DNA from: an uncultured Actinomycetes bacterium | GTDB lineage: Bacteria; Actinomycetota; Thermoleophilia; Gaiellales; Gaiellaceae | Reading direction: 5' to 3' | Length of the DNA: 64,000 nt | Assembly (NCBI GenBank): GCA_963765175.1 | Contig: CAVXUY010000006.1 | Span: 24,211 to 88,210 of the forward strand | Part shown: positions 42,139 through 50,407 of the stretch, piece by piece | Position numbering within the stretch: position 1 is the first letter of the stretch | Layout: each line of letters starts with the position of its first letter | Made by a program: the position numbers and the translations under genes | The notes under the pieces: generated by a model | Seen by the model: only the letters and a program-made list of their open reading frames with translations | The model's database searches: none | What the model was told of the DNA's origin: nothing

Positions 42139-42678
42139 CTAGAGGCCGCGGCGATAGACGCCGGCCGCGCGGGTGAGAAAGCCCGCGTCGACGAGGAGGC
42201 GGCGGAGCGTCACGTGGTCGTCGTGGAGCCCGAGCAGGATCTCGTTGACCTGGTGCTCCGCGTACTCGCGACCCGGCTCGAAGCGCGTGGCGACGTACTC
42301 GAGCACGAGCTCTCGCTTGGCGGCGCGCGCGGGAAGCTCCCGGATCCGGCCGTCGGCGTCGACGAAGTTCCGGAGCACCGCCGCCTGTTCGGGTGTGGCG
42401 TCGTCGAGGTCGGGCCGCCGGCGCACCGGCGAGGCCTCTCGCGCTGCCCGCGCGAACGCCCCGTGGTCGACCTGGAGGCCAGGCCCTTCCTGGGAGACGA
42501 TCCCCGCGCGCAGGAGCTGACCGAGCGCACGCGCCGTCTCCGCTTCGGTGAGGTCTGTCCGTTCGGCGATCGCGCGCACGGTGGTGGCGCCGAGCGCGAT
42601 CGCGGAGAGCACGCGGAGCCGCTGCTCGTCCGCGAGCCGGCCGAGGACGCGGGCGGGAGTCGCTGTGGAAGTCGTCAT
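42139..42678 (-). CDS. DUF2087-domain transcriptional regulator (wHTH N-terminus)
   Basis: 179 aa; C-terminal RIRELPARAAKRELVLEYVATRFEPGREYAEHQVNEIL pattern. Confidence 0.75.
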   Translation of the reverse strand: MTTSTATPARVLGRLADEQRLRVLSAIALGATTVRAIAERTDLTEAETARALGQLLRAGIVSQEGPGLQVDHGAFARAAREASPVRRRPDLDDATPEQAAVLRNFVDADGRIRELPARAAKRELVLEYVATRFEPGREYAEHQVNEILLGLHDDHVTLRRLLVDAGFLTRAAGVYRRGL

Positions 42679-42725
42679 GGGCTCAAAGGTAGCGGGTCGC
42701 GGCCGCCTCTACACTCCCGCAAGGG

Positions 42726-42798
42726 GCCCCCATCGACTAGCGGCCCAGGTCGCAGCCCTTTCAAGGCTGTAGCGCGGGTTCGAATCCCGCTGGGGGCA
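42726..42798 (+). tRNA. tRNA-Glu (anticodon UUC)
   Basis: GCCCCCATCGACTAGCGGCCCAGGTCGCAGCCCTTTCAAGGCTGTAGCGCGGGTTCGAATCCCGCTGGGGGCA; acceptor GCCCCCA/TGGGGGC, loop CU-UUC-AA. Confidence 0.9.
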
Positions 42799-42857
42799 TC
42801 AGCAACGTAGGCGCCGCGCGGAACCCGCATGGTTGAGCCAAGTGGTATGTGCGAGAA

Positions 42858-42898
42858 GTGCAGGATTTGCGAAACGGTGCCGGACCGGTGCCGGACCG
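42858..42898. repeat. repeat R3 copy a (GTGCAGGATTTGCGAAACGG), then an 11-nt tandem GTGCCGGACCG x2
   Basis: R3 recurs at 46897-46917 as GTGCAGGGTTTCGCAAACGCC. The tandem is 42877-42898. Confidence 0.5.
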
Positions 42899-43363
42899 GA
42901 ATCTCCCTCTCGACCAGGTGCTCGCGCGCTACTCAGGAGAGCCCCGTCGCCGCTCCGAACGGAGCGCGCGCTACCTTCGCCGCCCCGAACGGACCGCCGC
43001 CCGCGCGGGATCCGTCCCCGGGATCGCACCCGACACGTTCCGCCAATTTATTTGTCTAGTTCCACTTGGCTGCTGGAATGGTGCCTAGCGGGTGCCGCCG
43101 GCGACAAGGCCCGAGAGAGTCGAGTCGACGAGTCAGGTTCCGATTCGGCACCGTGAACATGGATGCCCATAGGGACTGCGAGAGACGGTGGGGCGGTGGC
43201 CGATCGAGGGCGAGGTAGCGCCACGATGACGGCCCTGGGCGTTTCGGAACCGGATGCGTACGGGGCGCTACTCCTCCCAATCGCGGACTCGGGTCGCATG
43301 GGGACATCCATCCCTTCCGGGGAGTTGAAGGCTGCGCTGACACGGCGCTGACACTTCAACCTC

Positions 43364-43485
43364 GGGACACGTCCCGAACGGCCATCTTGTCGTCGGCCTT
43401 GGCATCGGTCATCGTGACGAGCGCGGGACCGGGCCCGATCGGTGGGAACCTCGGCGTCCAGGCGTTCAGGTAGCCGCCCGGCCCC
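43364..43485. repeat. interspersed repeat R1, copy A (full length, 122 nt)
   Basis: Starts with the palindrome GGGACACGTCCC and ends CAGGCGTTCAGGTAGCCGCCCGGCCCC. About 83% identical to copy C by hand alignment, with one 7-nt gap. Confidence 0.75.
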
Positions 43486-43566
43486 GCTCGAGCTCGCTCT
43501 AGGAGACGGCGTAAGCGAACTTCGTCCGGATTGACACAACGGCCCGCGCCGGGGAGGATCTAGGAC

Positions 43567-43929
43567 ATGTCCGTGGTGTCCGCCCGTGGGCTCATGGTCG
43601 CGTATGCGGCTTCCCTGGCGGTGCTCGATCTCTACGCCTTGCTGCCGGGCAACCCCCACTATTCGAGCGTCGGGGGGTTCATCGGTTCAGTTGCGATCCA
43701 GGCGCTCATCGTCTGGCGGCTCTGGCACGGCTCCTCGCTCGCGTGGTTCTTCGCGCTGCTGTTTGCCACGCTCACGCCAGTGAGCCTCGTGTTGATGGCG
43801 GCGCCGGTCGAGTTCGGCGTCGTCTTGCTCTTAGTCGTCTCGGTCGCTCAAGCGGTGATCCTGTTGTCACGCCCGATCAGGCCCGTGGCATCGAAGACGG
43901 CCAGTGACCTCGACCCCTTCGGTCGCTAG
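43567..43929 (+). CDS. hypothetical membrane protein (120 aa, 3-4 TM)
   Basis: ATG preceded by GGAGGA; hydrophobic segments; coding-like GC3. Confidence 0.6.
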   Translation: MSVVSARGLMVAYAASLAVLDLYALLPGNPHYSSVGGFIGSVAIQALIVWRLWHGSSLAWFFALLFATLTPVSLVLMAAPVEFGVVLLLVVSVAQAVILLSRPIRPVASKTASDLDPFGR

Positions 43930-43946
43930 GCGACCGAGTCGCCGCG

Positions 43947-43987
43947 CTCAGGCGTTCAGATAGCCGCCGGCCCCGACATCTCGACGA
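43947..43987. repeat. repeat R1, copy B (3' part only)
   Basis: CTCAGGCGTTCAGATAGCCGCCGGCCCCGACATCTCGACGA matches the 3' end of copy C including the GACATCTCGACGA extension. Confidence 0.65.
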
Positions 43988-44105
43988 CCGAACGTCAGCT
44001 ACGAGAGCGGAGTCCGAAGGGATCCCTTGTAGCCGAGGTTGACCTGGTTCGGCCTCGGGTAGAGACTCAAGATCGAGCACTGACTTCGAGTGGAGGTTCG
44101 GTCAG

Positions 44106-44915
44106 TTGCCCGACGTATACGCGACGATTTCCGAGGCTGAACCGGCCGTCGTCGAAGGGCTCGTCGACATCCTCGAGCTCCGAGCGGCCGATGCGCAGCA
44201 GCGTGAGATGCGGGAGGCGTACTTCGCGGATATCGGCTTTCCCGCTGGTGCGCGTGTCGCCGAAGTCGGCTGTGGCCCTGGGCCGGTGGCGCGGGCTCTT
44301 GCGTCCCAACCTGGTGTCGGGACGGTTGTTGGCGTCGACGCGTCACCGATTTTCATCGCCAAGGGCCGAGAGCTTGCGCAGGACCTCCCGAATCTCAGGT
44401 TCGTCGAGGGCGACGCGCGTGCGCTCCCGCTGGAGGACGGATCGTTCGACGTGGTCGTGTTCCACACCACCCTCTGCCATATCCCCGGTCCCGAACTCGC
44501 CCTGACCGAGGCTTCACGGGTTCTCGTTGTCGGCGGGCGGCTCGCGGTCTTCGACGGCGACTACGCGACGATGACGTGCGCGTGCGGCGACTTCGATCCG
44601 CTGCAGGCGTGCGCCGAAGCATGCGTCGACCACCTAGTGCACGACCGCTGGCTCATACGTCGGCTGCCCAAGCTCGTACGCGCCGCAGGCTTCGAGCTTG
44701 GGCGCTTTCGGAGTCATAGCTATATGGAAGCGCCGTCCTCAGACGGCTATATGTTCGCAATGGTCGACCGCGGGGCCGATGCCTTACGCGCCAGTGGTCG
44801 GATAACGCTTGAGGGGGCCAACGCGCTCAAGGCCGAGGCTCGTCGTCGGTCCGATGCCGGGGAGTTCTTCGGGCACATCGCCTACGCAAGCCTCATCGCG
44901 CAGAAGTCGGCGTAG
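44106..44915 (+). CDS. class I SAM-dependent methyltransferase
   Basis: 269 aa; motif I VAEVGCGPGPVARAL, then FDVVVFHTTLCHIP. Confidence 0.85.
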   Translation: MPDVYATISEAEPAVVEGLVDILELRAADAQQREMREAYFADIGFPAGARVAEVGCGPGPVARALASQPGVGTVVGVDASPIFIAKGRELAQDLPNLRFVEGDARALPLEDGSFDVVVFHTTLCHIPGPELALTEASRVLVVGGRLAVFDGDYATMTCACGDFDPLQACAEACVDHLVHDRWLIRRLPKLVRAAGFELGRFRSHSYMEAPSSDGYMFAMVDRGADALRASGRITLEGANALKAEARRRSDAGEFFGHIAYASLIAQKSA

Positions 44916-44940
44916 GCTCAGTCACTCACCCGACTTGCGT

Positions 44941-45068
44941 GGGACGTGTCCCGACCGGCCAACTTGTCGCCGCCGTCGACGTTCGCCATCGTGACGTTCG
45001 CGGGGCCGGGTCCGATCGGTGGGAGCCTCAGGCGTTCAGGTAGCCACCCGGCCCGACATCTCGACGAG
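44941..45068. repeat. repeat R1, copy C (full length)
   Basis: Starts with GGGACGTGTCCC, the exact reverse complement of the copy A palindrome. Begins 26 nt after the methyltransferase stop. Confidence 0.75.
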
Positions 45069-45189
45069 CTGCCGGGGGGCTGCCACCGGAGACCGCCGTG
45101 GGTCCCGACTGTGCTCTCTGGCGACGGGGCGAGTAGACCCGCGGCTCACTCCCACTGTATGTTCGCGAACCACCGAGCCTGGAGGGTCA

Positions 45190-45846
45190 TTGTCGCTTTC
45201 ACTCGAACGTCTGGCCTCTGCATTCGCGCTTGCTTACGTCGGGTTGTTCGTCGCCCTGCTCGCGTTCACGACCGAGGGCCCAGATCCAACACTTCCGGCT
45301 GCTGAGGAGATGGCGAGAGCCGCGTCGGAGAGTGGTGCCATGCGTGCGTCGGCTCTGCTTGGCTTTGCGGCGAGCCTCGCCTTTGCGGGATTCGCTGCGT
45401 GTCTCGGCGTGCTGCTCGCGCGTCGGGGCGATGTGACTGGCGCAGGGCTGATCGTGGTTGCCGGGGCGCTCGCAACGGCCGTTGACGCGGTGTCGGCGGC
45501 CGGGCTGATCGTGGCCGTGGAGGCGGCGGATCGTGCCCTTAGCGCCGATGTGTTCGCCGCCTTCGGTGACCTTCATACGGCAGCGCTCCTCCTCGAACTC
45601 GCCCCTCTAGGCTTCGTTCTCATCTTGGCCTGGCGTGTCGGGCTAGGTCGGATCGTGTCCTGGATGGGACTCGTCGTCGGGATCGGCTGTGTGATCGCTT
45701 CGGGCGCCGTGATGAGCGAGGACTTCGATCGTGGGCCCCTGGGCATCGCGGTGGTCATCTGGTTTCTCGGACTTCCACTGTGGCTGATCGCGACTTCGTT
45801 CGTCCTCATTCGACGCGGGGCAAACCCAAAGGATCTCGTGTCTTAG
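45190..45846 (+). CDS. hypothetical membrane protein (218 aa, about 6 TM)
   Basis: TTG 45190 follows GGAGGG. The ORF-track start 45019 lies inside repeat copy C and its upstream codons are not protein-like. Confidence 0.6.
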   Translation: MSLSLERLASAFALAYVGLFVALLAFTTEGPDPTLPAAEEMARAASESGAMRASALLGFAASLAFAGFAACLGVLLARRGDVTGAGLIVVAGALATAVDAVSAAGLIVAVEAADRALSADVFAAFGDLHTAALLLELAPLGFVLILAWRVGLGRIVSWMGLVVGIGCVIASGAVMSEDFDRGPLGIAVVIWFLGLPLWLIATSFVLIRRGANPKDLVS

Positions 45847-45897
45847 CGGCGTAGCTGCCGCGCGCGACTCTGTACGGAGCCACGACCCCGACCGCGT

Positions 45898-45951
45898 GAG
45901 ACATGCCCGGAACGCCCATCTTGTCGCCGGCGTCGATGTCCGTCATCGTGA
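45898..45951. repeat. repeat R1, copy D (5' part, more diverged)
   Basis: GAGACATGCCCGGAACGCCCATCTTGTCGCCGGCGTCGATGTCCGTCATCGTGA aligns with the first 54 nt of copies A and C. Confidence 0.55.
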
Positions 45952-46067
45952 AGTGCGCAGTCGTCTACGTGAAGACTGGCCGGCTCGTCTACACCGTGCG
46001 CGACGGGAAGATCGTTAGCTATGAGCTCGAGAACCTCGACGAGTCCGAAGTCGCAGGTAATCCCTGA
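45903..46067 (+). pseudogene. 54-codon ORF whose 3' half resembles the C-terminus of an NTF2/SnoaL-like protein
   Basis: ...VVYVKTGRLVYTVRDGKIVSYELENLDE. The 5' third is made of repeat R1 sequence. Below the ORF-track length cutoff. Confidence 0.3.
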
Positions 46068-46252
46068 CCGTGGCGTTCGCGCGTCGGCTGATCGTCGCCT
46101 ATCCGGGGTGCACTCCACGGTAGGCGCGGGCTTCGGGCTCGCCAAATGACACAAATGAGTCCATTGGTGGGGCCGACTTGCTTCCGTCGGTGGCGGTGTT
46201 CGTCGGCATGTCCTGGCTGCCTGTGACCCTCACCTCCCGCACTCCGCAACGC

Positions 46253-46318
46253 AGAGGAGGCCGCGAGGGACCTCCTCGTCGAGCGCGTTGGTGCGGGGTT
46301 CAGCCCGTGACCGCCACC
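46253..46318. repeat. repeat R2, copy a
   Basis: AGAGGAGGCC(gcgagggacc)TCCTCGTCGAGCGCGTTGGTGCGGGGTTCAGCCCGTGACCGCCACC. Copy b at 46932-46987 lacks the bracketed 10 nt. Confidence 0.55.
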
Positions 46319-46385
46319 TTCATGTTGAGGAAACGTCGAGATGGGGTACCAAATACACATAAACGAGACGGGGTTTCAAACACTC

Positions 46386-46814
46386 ATGAAAGAGATCATC
46401 GTCGGATACGACGGATCAGCGGAAGCGGAGCGCGCACTCGTGCGAGCCGCCGACATCGCGGAGGCGTTCTCCTCGCAGCTCGTAGTGGCGAGCATCACGA
46501 ACTACCCGGCGGCAACAGCGATGGCACCGGTAGCGCCCACACCCATCGCCACGCGCTCGCCCGAGTCCGGGGAGCTCGCCGAACGAGAGCTCGAGCAGGC
46601 ACGCGCGAGTCTCGCGGGGCGTTCGGTGCAGGCCGAGTACGTGACCGAATTCGGCGATGCCGCCGAGCGACTCCTCGAGCTCGCCGAGCGCCGAGACGCG
46701 GACCTCATCGTCGTCGGCAGCCGCGAGCATGGTTTCCTTGAGCACGTCCTCGGGATGTCGTGCGACGAGAAGGTCGCCCGACGCGCGCACACGGACGTCA
46801 TGCTCGTGCACTGA
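46386..46814 (+). CDS. universal stress protein
   Basis: MKEIIVGYDGSAEAERAL ... ADLIVVGSREHGFLEHVLGMSCDEKVARRAHTDVMLV. Confidence 0.8.
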   Translation: MKEIIVGYDGSAEAERALVRAADIAEAFSSQLVVASITNYPAATAMAPVAPTPIATRSPESGELAERELEQARASLAGRSVQAEYVTEFGDAAERLLELAERRDADLIVVGSREHGFLEHVLGMSCDEKVARRAHTDVMLVH

Positions 46815-46896
46815 GTCACGTCCCGAAGACCCCTCCGAACGCGCGACTGAGGCACCTCGGACAGAGGTCGCAAATCGAACGCCGCCGGACCGAGAC

Positions 46897-46987
46897 GTGC
46901 AGGGTTTCGCAAACGCCTAGGCGACGCGGAAAGAGGAGGCCTCCTCGATCGAGCGCGTGGAGCCGGGGTCAGCCGGTGACGGCCACC
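46897..46987. repeat. repeat R3 copy b (46897-46917) followed by repeat R2 copy b (46932-46987)
   Basis: See 42858-42877 and 46253-46318. R2a and R2b flank the USP gene. Confidence 0.55.
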
Positions 46988-47115
46988 GGGATCGGAGCGA
47001 ACAGTAGGTCGGCGGATGTAAACGATGGGCGTGAGCTGGTTGTGCCAACAGGCGAGGCCGGAGCGGGCTTCGTCGTAAGGTGAGAAGTGGCGGGGGCTCC
47101 GTGAGCGCGAGAGCG

Positions 47116-47379
47116 TCACCCCTTGCCGGCCCCGCCGCGCTCCTCGATTAGCAGGTAGCCCGTGTGGGAACACTCAGAAGGATGCTGAACACGCGGTATG
47201 CCCTCCTCGGCTGGCTTGTGTGGCAGGTTGGAAAGCGCCGCCTCCGCAAGAAGCTCGTGCCTCGACGCCTCACGATCAAGGTCACGCGCTGACGCGGCGA
47301 CTCGCGCACGCCTCGCACACGAGAACTCGACGCCGAGCCATGTTTGACCCCCCGCGCAACCCGGGTAGCGTTGCGGCAC
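47116..47379 (-). CDS. hypothetical ORF or gene fragment ending ...HTGYLLIEERGGAGKG
   Basis: Shares a YL-x-IEER C-terminal motif with 47473-47706. Weak coding signal. Confidence 0.25.
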   Translation of the reverse strand: MPQRYPGCAGGQTWLGVEFSCARRARVAASARDLDREASRHELLAEAALSNLPHKPAEEGIPRVQHPSECSHTGYLLIEERGGAGKG

Positions 47380-47472
47380 CCAAAGAGAGAATGGGTTCGG
47401 CCGTGCTCTGGACGTTTCTGCCGCTTCCGGGCAGAGCGCGGAGAAGAGCGGCCGTCCGTTCTCTTTCTCCGT

Positions 47473-47706
47473 TCAGCGGTGGGTCAGTTCAGCCCGCCCG
47501 CCTCCAAGCTCCCGCTCCTCGATCCGCAGGTAGCTCGCTAGTTCAGGATCATCGCCACCCGAACAACTGAGCGAAGAAGGGGTTAGAGAACCAGCACGTT
47601 CTCGGCCGGACATGGGGCTAGACGGCTGAGCGATACGAGCCTTGAATCGATCGAGCCGATGCGTCAGAGTCTCTGCGAGCACTGGGGGCCAGTGCATACC
47701 GTCCAC
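47473..47706 (-). CDS. hypothetical ORF or gene fragment ending ...DDPELASYLRIEERELGGGR
   Basis: Shares the YL-x-IEER motif with 47116-47379. No family recognised. Confidence 0.3.
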   Translation of the reverse strand: MDGMHWPPVLAETLTHRLDRFKARIAQPSSPMSGRERAGSLTPSSLSCSGGDDPELASYLRIEERELGGGRAELTHR

Positions 47707-47721
47707 TCAGGGGGTGGGGAC

Positions 47722-48117
47722 ATGATGAAGGTATTTGTTGCGGCCGTCCTCGCGACGGCGCTCTTCGTCGGCATTGCAGCGCAACCGGCTCCGGCCGTCG
47801 TGCATGAGATCTACGCGGCCTGGTGCGCGGGCAAGGGTGAGATCGAACCGCCGGGTCTGTCCCGCGAAGGCAGCAAGAACTTCGCGATGCCCGTGCTCAA
47901 GAGCGGGGCCGTGTCGGTTCATCCGTTCACCGGCGCGCAAGGCCCTGGCCTTCTGGTCGACATCGACTTCGACGCGCCGAACGTCAAGATCATCCCGACC
48001 GGCAACATCATCGTGATCGGACAGACGCCCGCCGGGCCTCTGTATCTGGAGGAGTTCATGATCGATCCGAACTTCCCAGCGTTCTCGAACTGCGCGAACC
48101 TGCAGATCCCGGGCTGA
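47722..48117 (+). CDS. hypothetical secreted protein (131 aa)
   Basis: Signal peptide MMKVFVAAVLATALFVGIAAQPAPA; G-rich RBS; two Cys. Confidence 0.6.
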   Translation: MMKVFVAAVLATALFVGIAAQPAPAVVHEIYAAWCAGKGEIEPPGLSREGSKNFAMPVLKSGAVSVHPFTGAQGPGLLVDIDFDAPNVKIIPTGNIIVIGQTPAGPLYLEEFMIDPNFPAFSNCANLQIPG

Positions 48118-48127
48118 TCCATGCACA

Positions 48128-48199
48128 CGACAGTGGGGGAGCGGACAGTTCCCCCACCTGTCGCTGGTTAGCGTTTGTCTCGGACCGGCACCGGTCCGA
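48128..48199. terminator. two hairpins between convergent genes
   Basis: CGACAGTGGGGGA...TCCCCCACCTGTCG (48128-48163) and the perfect TCGGACCGG-CA-CCGGTCCGA (48180-48199). Confidence 0.5.
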
Positions 48200-48302
48200 T
48201 GAGGGCAGCAAACAATGGGGTGGAGTACGTCCCTTCTCGGAGTTGGCACCGCCTGGCGAGGGGCCGGGATCCAGCCCAGCCCCTCCCGGCTAGCGATGCG
48301 GC

Positions 48303-48743
48303 TCACGCACTCGACGGCATGAGCCGGAGCTCTCCGGTCCACGACGTAGTCGTCCCGGCGGCGCCCACGAGGTTGCTTCGCTGGTGGACTTGTGCGCCCG
48401 CGAACGAGCCCTCCGTGACCGTGCCGTTCAGCACGATGAACCCGGCTGGGCTGACATGCAGATTCATCTCGGCCGTGAACGAGATGCCTCCGACCGTGAT
48501 CCGCTCGGTCGCTGTCAGCTGGGCGGCGTTGCCGGTGGCCCGGAAGCTCGTGATCTGCATCACGATCGTGACGCCGCCGGCGGTTCCCACGCAGAGACCA
48601 CGGGTTTCGTCGCACGTCTTCGCGTACTGGATCACGATCGGCGCGCTGGACGCGGACGCCTGCGCCGCCCCGAATGCAACGACCCCGACGACCGCCGCGA
48701 CGACGGTGACGAGCAATCCGAAGAGTGTCTTGATGTTGGTCAT
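48303..48743 (-). CDS. hypothetical secreted protein (146 aa)
   Basis: Signal peptide MTNIKTLFGLLVTVVAAVVGVVAFGAAQASA; AAGGAG RBS; beta-rich sequence with a Cys pair. Confidence 0.6.
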   Translation of the reverse strand: MTNIKTLFGLLVTVVAAVVGVVAFGAAQASASSAPIVIQYAKTCDETRGLCVGTAGGVTIVMQITSFRATGNAAQLTATERITVGGISFTAEMNLHVSPAGFIVLNGTVTEGSFAGAQVHQRSNLVGAAGTTTSWTGELRLMPSSA

Positions 48744-48978
48744 GGTTCCCTCTGCTCCTTTCCTCTCATTGCTGTCGTTCGAGCAGTGCCGATGCCGTCT
48801 CGAGCTGGCTTCAGCCGCGGAAGGAAGGACGTGCCGACTCCGGCCCAGTGCGTGCGAGCTTGCGCCAATTGCAACGAGAAATCAAGTGGGATCCGCGGGG
48901 TGGTCAGCCGCGGGGTCCGAGGTCGTCCTTCGCGGCGCCGGGTCGCGTCCTCCTGTTCGCCTGCGGCCACCGAAATAG

Positions 48979-49307
48979 GTGAGGCGAGCGGCGTTTCAGC
49001 GGAGTAGCCTGCGGTTGATTAATGCGCGTGTTCTAGACCTGAGGCGATCAGCAGCAGTGGTGCTCGTGGTGGCCGGTGCGGTCGCCTTGGCTGCGCCGGC
49101 GGGCGCGGCCATCCAGGCGACGACGGTGGACGCCGCAGCTGAAGCGCAGGCGGTGATCCCGCTGCTCTACAAGAACTGCACGAACTTCAACAGAGGTATC
49201 CGCATGGCGTCGGCCGCTTGACGGCGCGAGACAGGACCACGAGCGGCGACCCGGTGACTAACTTCAAGCGCAGCACCCGGATCTACAACATCGCCATGTC
49301 GTACTAA
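48979..49307 (+). pseudogene. secreted YKNCT/YPHGVG-type protein (family usually carrying an Excalibur Ca-binding domain), frameshift near 49195
   Basis: Signal-like RRSAAVVLVVAGAVALAAPAGAA, then LYKNCTNFNR / YPHGVGRLTARDRTTSGDPVTNFKRSTRIYNIAMSY in two frames. No DxDxDG motif follows. Confidence 0.6.
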
Positions 49308-49511
49308 ACGCACGGTTCGATCGCACGGGACGACACGCCGCAAGACCAGAGCAGTTGACCAGCGAGTCGACCAGTTCGTCGCCAGCGCCGGCTACTACGC
49401 GCTGGCGTTAGCCCGCGAGCAGGCGCCGCGAACGATCGAGAGATCGAGGGGGAGGCGTGGGGCGTACGCGTTGCGGGCCTGACCGGTGTCGGGGACACGC
49501 GGCGTTCCTGA

Positions 49512-49853
49512 TCAGGGAGCGAGAAGGACGAGCAGGACGGACACGGCTCCCACCGCGATCCCGACCGCCGCGAGAGCCAGCAAGAAAGCCTCGCCGGTGT
49601 GCGGTTCCCGGTCTTCCCGCAGCGCGGCCTGCAGCTCTCGGTAGTGGACGATCCCGTACACCATGGCTGCCAGACCGGAGGCAGCCAGCGCCGTTCCCAA
49701 TGCGATATACGGCCAGTTCGTGCCGCCGACGACCTCGGGCAGGACGCGCCCGATTGCGAATCCCGCCGCGATCCCGGCCAAACCAGTACGCCACCATGCG
49801 AGATACGTGCGCTCGTGCGCGAGTTGCGTCCGGTGGACTTCGCCGCTCGCCAT
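49512..49853 (-). CDS. DUF202 (YidH-like) membrane protein
   Basis: 113 aa; QLAHERTYLAWWRTGLA motif plus three TM helices. Start at the internal ATG. Confidence 0.7.
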   Translation of the reverse strand: MASGEVHRTQLAHERTYLAWWRTGLAGIAAGFAIGRVLPEVVGGTNWPYIALGTALAASGLAAMVYGIVHYRELQAALREDREPHTGEAFLLALAAVGIAVGAVSVLLVLLAP

Positions 49854-50112
49854 TTCAGGGGGCCGAGCATAGGCGTGTTCGAGCGCCGAGTGTGCAGGCG
49901 CTCGCCGCAGCCGCGTCTCCGCGCTCTGCCCACTTGGACGCCACGCGGCCAACGTAACGAACTCACCTCGTCTGTCAACCACGCGCTCGTGAGAGTCCAC
50001 ATGGCCAAGACGCCCGGCGCGTAGCTCACCGACAACGGTTTCCATTTCGCCGACGCTTCGCCAGAAAAACGCCAGAACTGCAGAACGGCGCGTGCAAGTC
50101 GGCGGGGCGCGG

Positions 50113-50407
50113 TCACTCACCGCGCGCTAGTACTCCCAACCGCTTGTGGTCGATGGCATGCACCAGCGCGTCCGCATGACGATGCACGAGCTCCCGTCCG
50201 ACTCTGCAGTGCGCCGGAAGACCCACGTCACGCGCAGCGACCAGTCCTGCTCCGGCAGGCCCCCGATCGTCCCGTGCTGTCGCTCGATGACGACGAGCAC
50301 CGCCAAGTCGCCGGAGGTGTAAGTCTCCACGACCTCGACCTTCGCCTCGCCGCCGCGCGAAGCGGCCGCCCCATAGGGAGCGGCCGCGTGTGGTCGATGG
50401 AAGCTGA
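50113..50407 (-). pseudogene. NTF2/SnoaL-like (DUF4440-like) gene remnant, 5'-truncated and frameshifted near 50193
   Basis: ...VEVVETYTSGDLAVLVVIERQHG...LRVTWVFRRTAESDG / ELVHRHADALVHAIDHKRL. A G-run one nt short explains the shift. The missing N-terminus would lie under the 50408-51049 gene. Confidence 0.6.

Noticed and set aside
43364-45068. Classical integron attC sites
   Set aside because: No RYYYAAC / GTTRRRY core pair, no end-to-end imperfect hairpin and no intI nearby. The observation is kept only as a cassette-like organisation to be tested.
43041-46170. AT-rich imperfect inverted repeats (43041-43070 versus 46141-46170) as termini of a 3.1-kb element
   Set aside because: The alignment needs several gaps and only short blocks match (GCCAA.TG, ACAAAT, ATTGG). 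This is not distinguishable from chance similarity between two rare AT-rich patches.
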